DNA from: Squalus acanthias
Lineage: Eukaryota
DNA: 64,000 nt
Direction: 5' to 3'
Assembly (NCBI GenBank): GCA_030390025.1
Contig: CM059432.1
Location: forward strand, 87,112,001 to 87,176,000
Shown here: positions 1 to 12,724 of the stretch, one piece after another
Layout of the letters: every line of letters starts with the position of its first letter
Position numbering within the stretch: the stretch's first letter is position 1
Notes under the pieces: generated by a model
What the model was told of the DNA's origin: nothing
What the model saw: the letters and a program-made list of their open reading frames with translations, nothing else
The model's database searches: none
Translations under genes and position numbers: made by a program

Positions 1-594
1 AAACAAGATAATAGCTGGCAGTTAAATAAGTCAGTTAATTGCTGGTCATAAATTTCGCAGCAGTAGGTGATATCCATCTAACCCTAAGAGCAGCAGGGAA
101 GAAGACCTGGGTGAAAATGAATTGTTCCTTTAAATGATTTCCTCATGAAATAGGAGGGAGCCCATTCTATTCCCAGGAATGTCTTTCAGTGTTAGAAACA
201 TCAATGCACAGGGTGGGAGAGTAATGAACACAGTTTTATTTTCTTGATGGAACAAAACAGAACTTTTAATTATTTCACAAATAAATCACCTTGTTGGGTC
301 AAATATGCTTTCAAACTAAAATCTACTTATTAGCCCTTCAGCTGCCTACTAAATGTTTGCCAGCTGAGCGAACCTGATGATTTCACTGATCTGGTCACTG
401 CTGAAAATAAGCAGCTGTTCAATGAAAGACTTTGATGGTTATTGCTTCAGTTGAAATATTCACACCCTTATGTTGCCTATTAAAAAATAACTCTTTTTCT
501 CGTAAATTATCTTGCCTCCCCACTCTGCTCCTGAAGGTGGTAACTCTTTGGTGGGATATTATTCCATGGTTTCCGGGCTCTCTGGCACCTCATC

Positions 595-850
595 CAAGTG
601 GCCATTATTTAACTGCAAAGGGAATTACAGTCAAGCCTGTCCTGTCTTTACATGACCTTCACACCTATGCACTTCCCAGCAAAAGTCATGGATAATGATC
701 AGGAGCTTGAACCGTGGCCAATTTTCCCCTCATTATCCCTAGGTACTAGGCTAATTGTGGTGACTCTGGCCGTCCCTTCTGGGATCATCTAACTGGGGAT
801 CGAACCTGGAATCTTACTGGTCTTATGACTGGTCTTCAGCTACTCAATGT
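595..850 (-). mobile_element. degraded tRNA-derived SINE
   Basis: Reverse strand reads GGTTCGATCCCC (B-box-like) at 795-806; the body resembles a common shark SINE from memory; ends approximate. Confidence 0.45.
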
Positions 851-1079
851 GTTACCTTTACACTACAATTTTGGCAGTGAGGCCACATCTCTGTGGTGCT
901 TCGCTGATACTTCGAGGGAAATTTTACGGGTTTGCATTCCAAGCTCAGACCTTCATCTGCTGGGAGCACATACTGGGAACAGACAGTCTCCAAAGTTCCG
1001 ATATGCGCTTGTGCTGCACGGCCAAATATCCTACATATCTAGTCTCGCACAATATTCCTTATTTAAAAAAAAACACTTT

Positions 1080-1178
1080 TAACAGCACCATATTCTCTTA
1101 GTACCTCATTGGAGGGTCAGCCTAGATTATTATTTCTGACGCACAAGTGACAGTGCTACTAACTGAGCCAAGCTGACA
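1080..1178 (-). mobile_element. DeuSINE/SacSINE1-like SINE head fragment
   Basis: Similar to the reverse complement of the SINE head at 56198-56330 (gtcagcctagatt, agtgctactaactgagcca). Confidence 0.45.
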
Positions 1179-1727
1179 GACTTGAAAGAGTGGAGAAAAC
1201 TAGAAAAAACTTATAGGTTCAAATTCCTGTGGATTCAAAAGATATATTTATTCGGTGACAATTCTGATACACATGCAACTCGGTGCTGATGCCTGAAGGT
1301 TTTTATTTTGTTGACAGCCCATGTTGCCAACAAAAATTCAAAAATTGGAAGTTGTGTCAGTTCTAACTCATCTTTAGTTGACCGGAAGCAATATTTCAAA
1401 TTACTGCAATGTAAACATGATTTTATATTTTGTGTGAGGAAAATAAACCTTTCCCTAGGATCTCTGTGAGCCTTTATTGTTTGGACTGGACACATTTAGC
1501 CACCACAGATCCATTATATTTTAATCATCTTAATTTTTTCTCCTTTGTACAAACTAAAGTGTAGATTTTATCTGATGTTAAATTTGTTTATGTTGGCATG
1601 TTTAAAACAATTTTTGTGTGACAGTTCTCTTCTATACCAATATTTCTCACCTCCCCATCTCTTCTGCTGAGGGCTATAGTTAAAACATCTCCTGGGGCAT
1701 TGTTCATGGTGAGTTGGAGGTTACTCT

Positions 1728-4410
1728 GGGGGTGAAATTGGGCTCGGTCGCGCCCGTTTGTTGGGCGCTACAAGGCCCCTTAAGGTTCCAAAATGGCTGC
1801 GGCACGTGTGTACACTTCTGACACAAAGTGCACCAGACACCATATTGGTAAAAGAGTTAGCACGTGCACCTAACTTCCACGGGAAGTATTCAGAGCAGGC
1901 AGATCATAACGTCAATCAGCATGCAACGCTGATTTGACACCAGCGCTGCCATTTTGGAGCTCCACACTCCAGCCTGTGCCCTCTCTCAACCTCCCATAGC
2001 TGAACACGCATTCAACGGCATGAAGGACTCCCCATCAGCGCAATTTAAAGGGATCATCAACTACTTACTGGTTAGTTGCTGGATTATTTCTTTTGGCTGT
2101 TGCTGCAATTCTATGCGTTTTCGGTGCTTTTCCCAAAAGTTTCAAAGTTTCAATAATCTACAAAGAGTAAATTTGCAAGGAACATAAAAGCAGACTGTAA
2201 AAGCTTCTACAAGTATGTAAAAAGAAAAAGATTAGTGAAGACAAATGTAGGTCCCTTACAGTCAGAAATGGGAGAATTTATAATGGGGAACAAGGAAATG
2301 GCAGAGCAATTAAACAAATACTTTGGTTCTGTCTTCACGGAAGAGGACACAAATAACTTCCCAGAAATGCTAGGGAACCAAGGGTCTAGTGAGAAGGAGG
2401 AATTAAAGGAAATTAGTATTAGTAAAAAAATAGAGCTGGAGAAATTAATGGGACTGAAAGCCGATAAATCCCCAGGGCCTGATAACCTGCATCCCAGAGT
2501 ACTAAAAGAGGTAGCCATGGAAATAGTGGATGCATTGGTTGTCATCTTCCAAAATTCTATAGATTATGGAACAGTTCCTGCAGATTTGAGGGTGGCAAAT
2601 GTATCCCCACTATTTAAAAAAGGAGGAAGAGAGAAAATAGGGAACTACAGACTGGTTAGCCTAACATCAGTAGTAGGGAAAATGCAAGAGTATTATAAAG
2701 GATGTGATAACAGGACACTTAGAAAATATCAACGGGATTAGACAAAGTCAACGTGGATTTATGAAAGGGAAATCATGTTTGACAAACCTACTGGAGTTTT
2801 TTGAGGATGTAACTGGTAGAATAGATGAGGGAGAACCAGTGAATGTGGTGTATTTGGATTTTCAGAACGCCTTTGATAAAGTCCCACATAAGAGGTTAGT
2901 GTGCAAAATTAAAGCACATGGGATTGGGGGTAATATACTGGCATGGATTGAAAATTGGTTAACAGACAGGAAACAGAGAGTAGGAATAAATGGATCTTTT
3001 TCGGGGGGGCAGGCGGTGACTAGTGGGGTATCGCAGGGATCAGTGCTTAGGCCCCAGCTATTCACAATATATATCAATGATTTGGATGAGACGACCAAAT
3101 GTAATATTTCCAAATTTGCTGACGACACGAAACTAGGTGGGATTGTGAGTTGTGAGGAGGATGCAAGGAGGCTTCAAGGTGATTTAGACAAGTTGAGTGA
3201 GTGGGCAAATACATGGCAGATGCAGTATAACGTGGATAAATGTGAAGTTATCCACTTTGGTAGGAAAAACAAAAAGGCAGAGTATTATTTAAATGGTGAT
3301 AGATTGGGAAATGTTGATGTACAGAGGGACTTGGGTGTCCTTGTACACCAGTCACTGAAAGCAAACATGCAGGTGCAGCAAGCAGTTAGGAAGGCAAATG
3401 GTATGTTGGCCTTCATTGCAAGAGGATTTGATTACAGGAGCAAGGATGTCCTACTACAGTTATACAGGGCCTTGGTGAGACCACACCTGGAGTACTGTGT
3501 GCAGTTTTGGTCTCCTTACCTAAGAAAGGATATACATGCCATAGAGGGAGTACAGCGAAGGTTCACCAGACTGATTCCTGGGATGGCAGGACTGTCGTAT
3601 GAGGAGAGATCGGGTCGACTAGGCCTGTATTCACTAGAGTTTAGAAGAATGAGAGGGGATCTCATTGAAACGTATAAAATTCTGACAGGGCTAGACAGAC
3701 TGGATGCAGGGAGGATGTTTCCCCTGGCTGGGGGATCTAGAACGAGGGGTCACAGTCTCAGGATACGGGGTAGGACATTTAGGACTGAGATGAGGAGAAC
3801 TTTCTTCACTCAGAGGGTGGTGAACCTGTGGAATTCTCTACCACAGAAGGCTGTGGAGGCCAAGTCACTGAATATATTTAAGAAGGAGATAGATAGATTT
3901 CTAGACATAAAAGGCATCAAGGGGTATGGGGAGAGAGCAGGAATATGGTATTGAGATAGAGGATCAGCCATGATCATATTGAATGGCGGAGCAGGCTCGA
4001 AGGGCCGAATGGCCTACTCGTGCTCCTATTTTTTTTCTATGTTTCTACAGGGAACAGTCTGGCCATTCCCCTGTACTATCTGAGTCTGAGTGCTGCAGTG
4101 GAAGAGCCAAAGTACTTTTTGGTGATTTAAGTCCTGTGCTAAAAAATGTTGCTTCCAGATATGGGTGCCATAGTAGGGCTTCTTCTTGGCATTGAACATG
4201 ACTAGGAGAATGAGCAGAGGTCATGCAGAGCAGGACAAGCTGCTAGAAGAGGGAGGAGGAGGAGGGGGAGAAGGGCTCTTATGAGGAGGCCATATCTGCA
4301 GCGGGTCCTTAGAGAGCAGATCTGTTAGAGAACAGATTGCAGGAGTGCTATGATGTCCTGGAAGCCCCTTTGCACACTGGTATCCAGAGCCAGTCTGAGC
4401 TTCTACTGTA
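1728..4410 (+). mobile_element. PIF/Harbinger remnant (left end, transposase N-terminus, piece of Myb gene), interrupted by a CR1
   Basis: Starts GGGGGTGAAATTGG and is colinear with the left ends at 24764 and 59394. ATGGGTGCC at 4161 leads to an RRAL.RRPY-type N-terminus. 4320-4410 matches the Myb-gene region near 60600-60760. Confidence 0.65.
2163..4047 (+). mobile_element. CR1 (HER1-like) LINE, 5'-truncated, RT region with a frameshift near 2700
   Basis: ORFs 2235-2741 and 2704-3954 carry KSPGPD, YLDF..AFD, YINDL, FADD and RTRGH motifs; 3' GGCCGAATGGCC stem-loop and TTCTATG tail; TCTACA repeated at 2157-2162 and 4044-4049. Confidence 0.95.
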
Positions 4411-5326
4411 GCTTTGATAGTACTGGGCAATGGCCCTGGGCTTTGATAGTACTGGGCAATGACCCTGGGCTTTGATAGTACTGGAGAATGGCCCTGGGCT
4501 TTGATAGTACTGGGCAATGGCCCTGGGCTTTGATAGTACTGGGCAATGGCCCTGGGCTTTGATAGTACTGGGCAATGTCCCTGGGCTTTGATAGTACAGG
4601 GCAATGGCCCTGGGCTTTGATAGTACTGGGGAATGGCCCTGGGCTTTGATAGTACTGGAGAATGGCCCTGGGCTTTGATAGTACTGGGCAATGGCCCTGG
4701 GCTTTGATAGTACTGGGCAATGGCCCTGGGCTTTGATAGTACTGGAGAATGGCCCTGGGCTTTGATAGTACTGGACATTGGCCCTGGGCTTTGATAGTAC
4801 TGGGCAATGGCCCTGGGCTTTGATAGTACTGGGCAATGGCCCTGGGCTTTGATAGTACTGGGGAATGGCCCTGGGCTTTGATAGTACTGGGGAATGGCCC
4901 TGGGCTTTGATAGTACTGGGCAATGGCCCTGGGCTTTGATAGTACTGGGCAATGGCCCTGGGCTTTGATAGTACTGGGCAATGGCCCTGGGCTTTGATAG
5001 TACTGGGCAATGGCCCTGGGCTTTGATAGTACTGGGCAATGGCCCTGGGCTTTGATAGTACTGGGGAATGGCCCTGGGCTTTGATAGTACTGGGGAATGG
5101 CCCTGGGCTTTGATAGTACTGGGCAATGACCCTGGGCTTTGATAGTACTGGGGAATGGCCCTGGGCTTTGATAGTACTGGGCAATGACCCTGGGCTTTGA
5201 TAGTACTGGGGAATGGCCCTGGGCTTTGATAGTACTGGGCAATGGCCCTGGGCTTTGATAGTACTGGGGAATGGCCCTGGGCTTTGATAGTACTGGGCAA
5301 TGGCCCTGGGCTTTGATAGTACTGGG
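4411..5326. repeat. 29-bp minisatellite, about 31.6 units (GCTTTGATAGTACTGGGCAATGGCCCTGG)
   Basis: Exact 29-nt period (4411 to 5281 = 30 units) with few variant positions; explains the three periodic minus-strand ORFs. Confidence 0.98.
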
Positions 5327-5573
5327 AAGCAGGTCTTGGAGTTTGGCAGCACTCTGGTGGGGCTGCAAGGGTTTGGTAACATGGGAGCATGCTTTGGGCA
5401 GACTCTGGGCGAGTGGCAGGAGGTGAGATTGCACCGCCCAATGACTTTGCATAGAGGCCCAAGACATTTTAATTGTCAGGCCTTATTTCAGTATACATGA
5501 CAAACTGGAAGCCCTGAACCAGCACTTCATGGCAGCTCGCCATTTGGTGTTCATAGAATCATAAAATCATAGA

Positions 5574-8500
5574 TCGGCCGGAGATAAAGGTAGGCCTGAA
5601 AGCAGACCTGCGGGAAAGCGAGAGGAGCAGCCGGAGATAAAGGTAGGCCCGAGAGCCTGGAGACCGGAGGGAGCGTGAGCGTCAGGGAGTGGGGTGAAAA
5701 AACCTAAAGTGACGTCAGCACAAGGGAAGGAGCTGATTGGTGAGTGGATGGTGATTGTTTATTTTAGTGTCTTGAGTTTATTTCTGTTAAGTTAGTTAAT
5801 AGAGGCATTGCAGGGCACCTCAGTCCTGTGGAATGCACATCCTGTGCCATGTGGGAACTCCAGGATGCTTCCCGTGTCCTGGACAACTATACAGGAAGTG
5901 TCATCAGCTGGAGGAGCTCGAGCTCTGGGTTTCGGAGCTTGAGCAGCAGCTGGCATCACTGCGGTGCATCCATAAGGCTGGGAGCTACGTGGATCGCATA
6001 TTTCAGGAGGTGGTCACCCCGCAGCTTAAGAGTGTGCAGGCAGAGAGGGAATGGGTGACCGTCAGACAGACAAGGAAGACCAGGCAGGTAGTGCAGGAGT
6101 CCCCTGAGTGCATCTCACTCTCCAACCGGTATTCTGTTCTGAGTACTGGTGAGGGAGACGGTTCCTCTGGGGAGTGCAGCCAGAGCCAATTTCACAGCAC
6201 CATGGGTGGTTCAGCTGTACAGTGGGGGGAGGAAGATTGGGCAAGCAATAGTGATAGGGGATTCAATAGTTAGGGGAACAGACAGGCGTTTCTGCGGCCG
6301 CAGACATGATTCCAGGATGGTATGTTGCCTCCCTGGTGCCCGGGTCAAGGATGCCACTGAGCGGCTACAGAATATTCTGAGGGGGGTGGGTGAAAAGCCA
6401 GAGGTCATGGTCCATATTGGTATCAACGACATAGGTAGAAAGAGGGATGAGGTCCTGCAAGCAGATTTTAGGGAGCTAGGAAAGAGATTAATAAGCAGGA
6501 CCTCAAAGATAGTAATCTCCGGATTGCTCCCGGTGCTATGAGCTAGTGAGTATAGAAATAGGAGGAAAGAGCAGATGAATGCGTGGCTGGAGAGATGGTG
6601 CAGGAGGGAGAGCTTTAGATTCCTGAGACATTGGGACTGGGCCTGTACAGGCCGGACGGGTTGCACCTCAACAGAGCCAGTACCAATATCCTCGAGGGCG
6701 GGTTTGCTAGTGCTGTTGGGAAGGGTTTAAACTAATTTGGCAGGGGGATAGGCACCAGGAGGAAGCATTAGAAAGGATAAATAAGGTGCACAAAGGATTA
6801 AGAGAGACGGATAGCACCAGAGTTAGAAATAGTACGGTATTAGGTGGGGTCAGACTAAGAGAGAATAGAAGAAGGCCTAAGATAGGTTTACAGTGCATGT
6901 GTGTAAACGCACAAAGTGTGGTAAATAAGGTTGGTGAGCTGCAGGCGCAAATAGCCACATGGGAATATGATGTCATGGCGATAACGGAGATCTGACTCAA
7001 AAAAGGGCAGGATTGGGTACTAAATATTCCTAGATATAAGGTGTTCAGGAAAGAGAGGGAAGGAGAGATAGGAGGTGGGGTGTCAGTATTGATTAAGGAG
7101 AATATTACAGTGCTGGAGAGAGAGGATGTCCTGCAGGGGTCAAGGACAGAATCTATTTGGTTAGAGTTAAGAAACAATAGAGGTGCCATTACACTACTAG
7201 GTGTATTCTATAGGCCACCAACTAGTGGGAAGGATATAGAGGAGCAAATTTGCAGGGAAATTACAGAGAGGTGCAAGAACTATAGTGTTCAGAAGAACTT
7301 TCTTGATCAGTCCTTTTCCGGCCCAATGAGGAAGCAGGCATTGCTGGATCTGGTTCTGGGGAACGAGGTGGGTCAAGTGGAGCAAGTGTCAGTAGGGGAA
7401 CATTTAGGGAACAGTGATCATAGTATCATAAGGCTTAGATTAGCTATGGAAAAGGACAGGGAGCAATCGAGGGAAAAATACTTAATTGGAGGAGGGCCAA
7501 TTTCAGTGGGTTGAGAATGGATCTGGCCCGGGTAAATTGGAATAAAAGATTGGCAGGCAAAACTATAATCGAACAATGGGATGCCTTTAAAGAGGAGATG
7601 GTTTGGGTATGGTCAAGGTACATTCCCATGAGAGGGAAAGGTAGGGCAACCAAAGCCAGAGCTCTCTGGATAACGAAAGAGAAAGAGAGTAAGATGAAGC
7701 AGAAAAAGGGAGCGTATGACAGATGTCAGGTTGTGAATACAAGTGAGAAGCAAGCTGAATATAGAGTGTTCAGTGGGGAAGTTAAAAAGGAAATAAGAGG
7801 GGCAAAGAGAGAGTATGAGAATAGACTGGCAGCCAACATAAAAGAGAATCCAAAAGTCTTCTATAGGCATATAAATAGTAAACGGGTAGTAAGAGGAGGG
7901 GTGGGGCCGATTAGGGACCCAAATGGAGACCTATGCTGAGGGCATGGCTGAGGCACTAAATGAATAATTTACATCTGTCTTTGCCAAAGAAGAAGATGCT
8001 GCCAAAGTCATAGTGAAAGAGGAGGTCGTGGAGATACTGGATGGGCTAAAAATTGATAAAGAGGAGGTACTAGAAAGGCTGGCTGTACTTAAAGTAGATA
8101 AGTCATCAGAAATGGATGAGATGCATCCTAGGATGCTGGGGGAAGTAAATGTGGAAATTGCAGAGATACTGGCCATAATCTTCCAATCCTCCTTAGATAC
8201 GGGGGGTGGTGCCAGAGGACTGGAGAATTGCAAATGTTACAACCTTGTTCAAAAAAGGGTGTGAGGATAAGCCCAGCAACTACAGGCCAGTCAGTTTAAT
8301 CTTGGTGGTGGGGAAGCTTTTAGAAATGATAATCCGGGACAAAATTAACAGTCACTTGGACAAGTGTGGATTAATTAAGGAAAGCCAGCACGGATTTGTT
8401 AAAGGCAAATCGTGTTTAACTAACTTGATTGATTTTTTTGATGAGGTAACAGAGAGGGTTGATGTAGTGTACATGGACTTCCAAAGGCGTTTGATAAAGT

Positions 8501-9652
8501 GCCACATAATAGGCTTACCAGCAAAGCTGAAGCCATGGAATAAAACGGACAGTGGCAGCATGGATACGGAATTGGCTAAGTGACAGGAAACAGAGAGTAG
8601 TGGTGAACGGTTGTTTTTCAGACTGGAGGAAGGTATATAGTGGTGTTCCCCAGGGGTCGGTTCTAGGACCACTGCTTTTCTTGATATATATTAATGACTT
8701 GGACTTGGGTGTACAGGGCACAATTAAAAAATTTGCAGATGACACTAAACTTGGAAGTATAGTGAACAGTGAGGAGGATGGTGATAGACTTCAAGAGGAC
8801 TTAGACAGGCTGGTTGAATGGGCGGACACGTGGCAGATGAAATATAACGCAGAAACATGCGAAGTGATACATTTTGGTAGGAAGAACGAGGAGAGGCAAT
8901 ATAAACTAAATGGTACAATTCTAAAGGGGGTGCATGAACAGAGAGACCTGGGGGTATATGTGCACAAATCTTTGAAGGTGGCAGGGCAGGTTGAGAAAGT
9001 GGTTAAAAAAGCATATGGGATCCAGGGCTTCATGAATAGAGGCATAGAGTACAAAAGCAAGGAAGTTATGATGAACCTTTGTAAAACACTGGTTCGGCCT
9101 CAACTGGAGTATTGTGTCCAATTCTGGGCACTGCACGTTAGGAAGGATGTGAAGGCCTTAGAGAGGGTGCAGAAAAGATTTACAGGAATGGTTCCAGGGA
9201 TGAGAGACTTTAGTTACGTGGATAGACTGGAGAAGCTGGAGTTATTTTCCTTAGAGCAGAGAAGATTGAGAGGAGATTTGATAGAGGTGTTCAGAATCAT
9301 GAAGGCTCTAGACAGAGTAGATAGAGAGAAACTATTCCTACTGGCAGAAGGATCGAGAACCAGAGGACACAGATTTAAGGTGATTGGCAGAAGAACCAAA
9401 GGCGACATGAGGAAAAACTTTCTTACGCAGCGAGTGGTTAGGATCTGGAATGCACTGATTGAAAGGGTGGTGGAGGCAGATTCAATCGTGGCTTTTAAAA
9501 GGGAATTGGATAAGTACCTGAAGGAAAAAATTTGCAGGGCTATGGGGAAAGGGTGTGGAGTGGGACTAGCTGAAGTGCTCTCGCAGAGAGCCGGCACAGG
9601 CTTGATGGGCCGAATGGCCTCTTTCTGTGCTGTAACCATTCTATGATTCTAT
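5574..9652 (+). mobile_element. near-full-length CR1 LINE, degenerate: ORF1 (Cys cluster, coiled coil, SGNH esterase) and ORF2 (APE + RT)
   Basis: ORF1 GDSIVRG..CLPGARV..HIGIND; APE CVNAQS..ITE, YRPP, GNSDH; RT PQGSVLGP, YINDL, FADD; tail ATTCTATGATTCTA; several frameshifts, stops and deletions; duplicated CCGGAGATAAAGGTAGGCC in the 5'UTR. Confidence 0.95.
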
Positions 9653-11095
9653 AGAAATTTACGCCACAGAAGGAAGCCATTTGGCCCATCGTGTCTGTGC
9701 CGGTCGAAAAAGAGCTATCCAGCCTAATCCTACTTCCCAGCTCTTGGTCCGCGAGGGGTGTGTGGTTGGGCGGGTGGGGGTGGGGGGGGGCGGGTGTGCG
9801 GTGGGAAGGGGCACCCGGGCTGCTGATGTGTAGTTTCCAAAAATAATGATGATGGTTGAATCAGGAGTGGGAAAGGTGTGATAAGTTCAGCCCGGTGATA
9901 TATAAAATATCAAATCCAAGCCAAGGCTTTTGGAAGAAGCTGAGGCCTTCAAACAAAAAGTTTAATAAAGGTATTAAAAGATACAAAAAAACAAATTAAT
10001 GGATACATTTCGATCATATTATTATGAAATATGTGTTTTGCGAATTTTATATATTGCTTATTTTGGACACTAGGGCCTAGAAATTCGATTGCACCCATCA
10101 AAATGGTGGATCAAAATTTTTTTGGTAAAGCATATTAAGTAATTCTATTTATTCATCAATAGACAGTGGTGGTGAAAGTTGATATAGCAAAATTGAATCA
10201 GAACTGTTGACACACCAATTTACAATGGGGAAAAGGTGGCACTAAAGTGTGAGTAAAAATTACATACAACAGGTAATAAGGTTTGTTGCACATGAAGTGT
10301 GCAACATTTACAACATTTTTAATAAGATATACAGACTTCAGCTGAAGTATTTATTTGATTCACATTCAACGGATCCGCCATTTCCGCCACTTCCAGCGTG
10401 ATCCCACCACCAAACACTTCTTCCCCTCCCCTTTCAGCATTTCGAAGGGACCGTTCTATCTGCGACACCCTAGTCCACTCCTCAAACAACCCCAACATCC
10501 TCTCCCCTTCCCACAGCACCTTCCCGTGCAAATGCAGAAGTATGGATAATTTAATATATTTACGCCTGCCCTTTTACCTCCTCCCTTCCCACCGTCCAGG
10601 GCCCCTAACACTCCTTCCAGGTGAAACAGAGATTTAATTGTATTTTTTTCAATTTAGTATATTGTATTCGCTGTTCACGATGCAGTCTCCTCGACATTGG
10701 GGAGACCAAATGCAGATTGGGTGACCACTTTGCGGAACACCTCCGTTCAGTCTGCAAGCATGACCCTGAGCTTCCTGTTGTCCGTCACTTTAATTCTCTG
10801 CCCCACTCCCATTCTGACATTTCTGCCCTCGGCCTCCTACACTGTTCTAATGAAGCTCAGTGGAAGCTTGAGGAACAGCACCACATTTTTTGATTAGGCA
10901 CTTTACAGACTTCTGGACTCAGCATTGAGTTCAACAATTTCAGTTTATAACTACTCCTCCCATTTTTTTCGGACACGGCTGTTGGTAATAATACAGCTAT
11001 TGCCATTTACACCTCCTCTAGACCCATCTTTTGTTTCTTTACTTGTCCCATTACCATCTCCTTTTGCCTTGCACCAACATCCCTTATGACATTTA

Positions 11096-11941
11096 GGTGG
11101 AAAAATTCGGTTGGTTTGCGCCTCCCGTTAGCGCCTTAAGAGGGCGCTAATGGGGCGCAAAGCAACTAGCACCTGGGTGAAGCGATGTTTGCGCCGCTCA
11201 TGAAATTGACCAGACATTTTGCGGCGGCGCTAAACACTACCGCCACGATCTCCTGCGCCCGCAGATCGTGACGTCAGTCGAGTGTGCAATGCCCCGGTAG
11301 CGCCCCAGACCGGATACTGAGTGGCGCCCCCTACCTTGCCACCTGTCGCTAGCAACGACAGGTTGAGGGGAGCGTTTTGCAGTCGGGAAGGGACTAGGGC
11401 AGCGCTATTTAAAGGCGACCGGTTCCTGCCTTTTTTTTCGGCGACATTTTTGCACCACGCATTCTGAGTGAGAGAGAGAAACTTCTGGAGATATTCAATG
11501 CTGTGTTGAGGAGTTTTGGGTACTGAGCAGCAGTTTGCAGTTTCATTTTGAATTGATCTTCCTTGCATCAATTTAGAAGAGACTATGGGGGCTGCACTCT
11601 GACATCTTTCCCTGGGCCTCTCCATTGTTCTTTCCAGCAGATTTGATGTACAGGTCTCTCCAAGATCGACGCTCCCCTTTAAGAATTGGCCAGAGCCAAT
11701 GTGTCTGTGTTCCATTGCTGACTGACATCACATGAGCTTCGCCAGCGCTCTGAGGTAGCACCTCGCTCCTCGGCATTAGCGCCTTAAGAGAGGTGTGCAG
11801 CGCCTGATTTAGCACTCCAATCACCTCCAGGGGCGATAGAAGCCAAGTTTGCAGTTGGAGGCGATAATTAGCGCCAGGCGCTAAACTTTGCGCCCGGCCG
11901 ATAATTGCGCCCCAAACGGGGCGATACCGAATTTCTCCCCC
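11096..11941. mobile_element. Harbinger MITE family A, copy 1
   Basis: TIRs GGTGGAAAAATTCGGT / ACCGAATTTCTCCCCC; TTA TSD at 11093-11095 and 11942-11944; colinear with 32734-33626 and 48903-49795. Confidence 0.92.
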
Positions 11942-12038
11942 TTAATCTCTCCTGCCTTCCACCCTATCACAGATCTTCCCTTTTGTTCTTTCCTCCCCTC
12001 CCCACTTTACCTGCCCCTGCACTTACTTAAAACCTGTT

Positions 12039-12724
12039 GGGGGCTAAATTCGGTTGATTTGCGCCTCCTATTAGCGCCCTAACGCCTCCCGCGAAATTCA
12101 GCGGGAGATTAGCGGCAGCGCTGCACCACCAGTGATGACATCATTGTCATGCGCAGCGCCCCGCTCGTGCCCCGGCTGTAATATTGGGTGGCGCCTCCTG
12201 ACTTACTGCCGGACGCTATGTCCAACGGGATCAGGGGGGCTTACCTGCGGCGGGGCAGCGCGAGTTAAAGGGGAGGTGGTGGGTGGCCATTTTTGTTGCT
12301 GGCTGCCTGCCAGCACCTGCCCCCATTGCTGCCCCCGGCCCCCGTGAAGCCCCCCCGCAGGGTGCCAGCTGCTCTCCGTTAGCCTGGCACTCCTCTTGAG
12401 TGCCGGGCTTGTTTGCTGGCACTCCTGATCCCTGGTGGCCCAGCTGGGCGCCAGGACGCACTGCGCCAGGCCCCTCCCCTTTAATAAGGGGAGGAAGGCC
12501 TGCAGTACTGCGGCGCGACATGCCTCAGCGTGTGGCACTGCGGCATGTAGCGCTGCGATATTGGCTCGTAGCGCCCCAAGAGGGACGCGGGGTGATTCCA
12601 GTAGCGCACTTCCTCCCTCTCGGGGCACTACCTGGGAAAATCGGCTGCGGGGGCGCTAAATTTTTCGGGGCACTAAAATTATCGCCCTGGCGAAGGTAGG
12701 GGGGGCGCTACCCAATTTTTACAA
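12039..12724. mobile_element. GC-rich Harbinger MITE, right TIR degraded
   Basis: Starts GGGGGCTAAATTCGG; many GCGCC/GGCGC motifs; interrupts the PLE 3' region with TGTT on both flanks. Confidence 0.75.

Noticed and set aside
4411..5326. CRISPR-like array of ~29-bp repeats
   Set aside because: Units are contiguous with no spacers; eukaryotic context with no cas genes.
4221..5467. Three long minus-strand ORFs (344-413 aa)
   Set aside because: Artefacts of a stop-free 29-bp repeat read in three frames.
9755..9810. G-rich tracts (also 21345-21390, 23730-23746, 39746-39783)
   Set aside because: Low-complexity runs with G4 potential but no sign of function.
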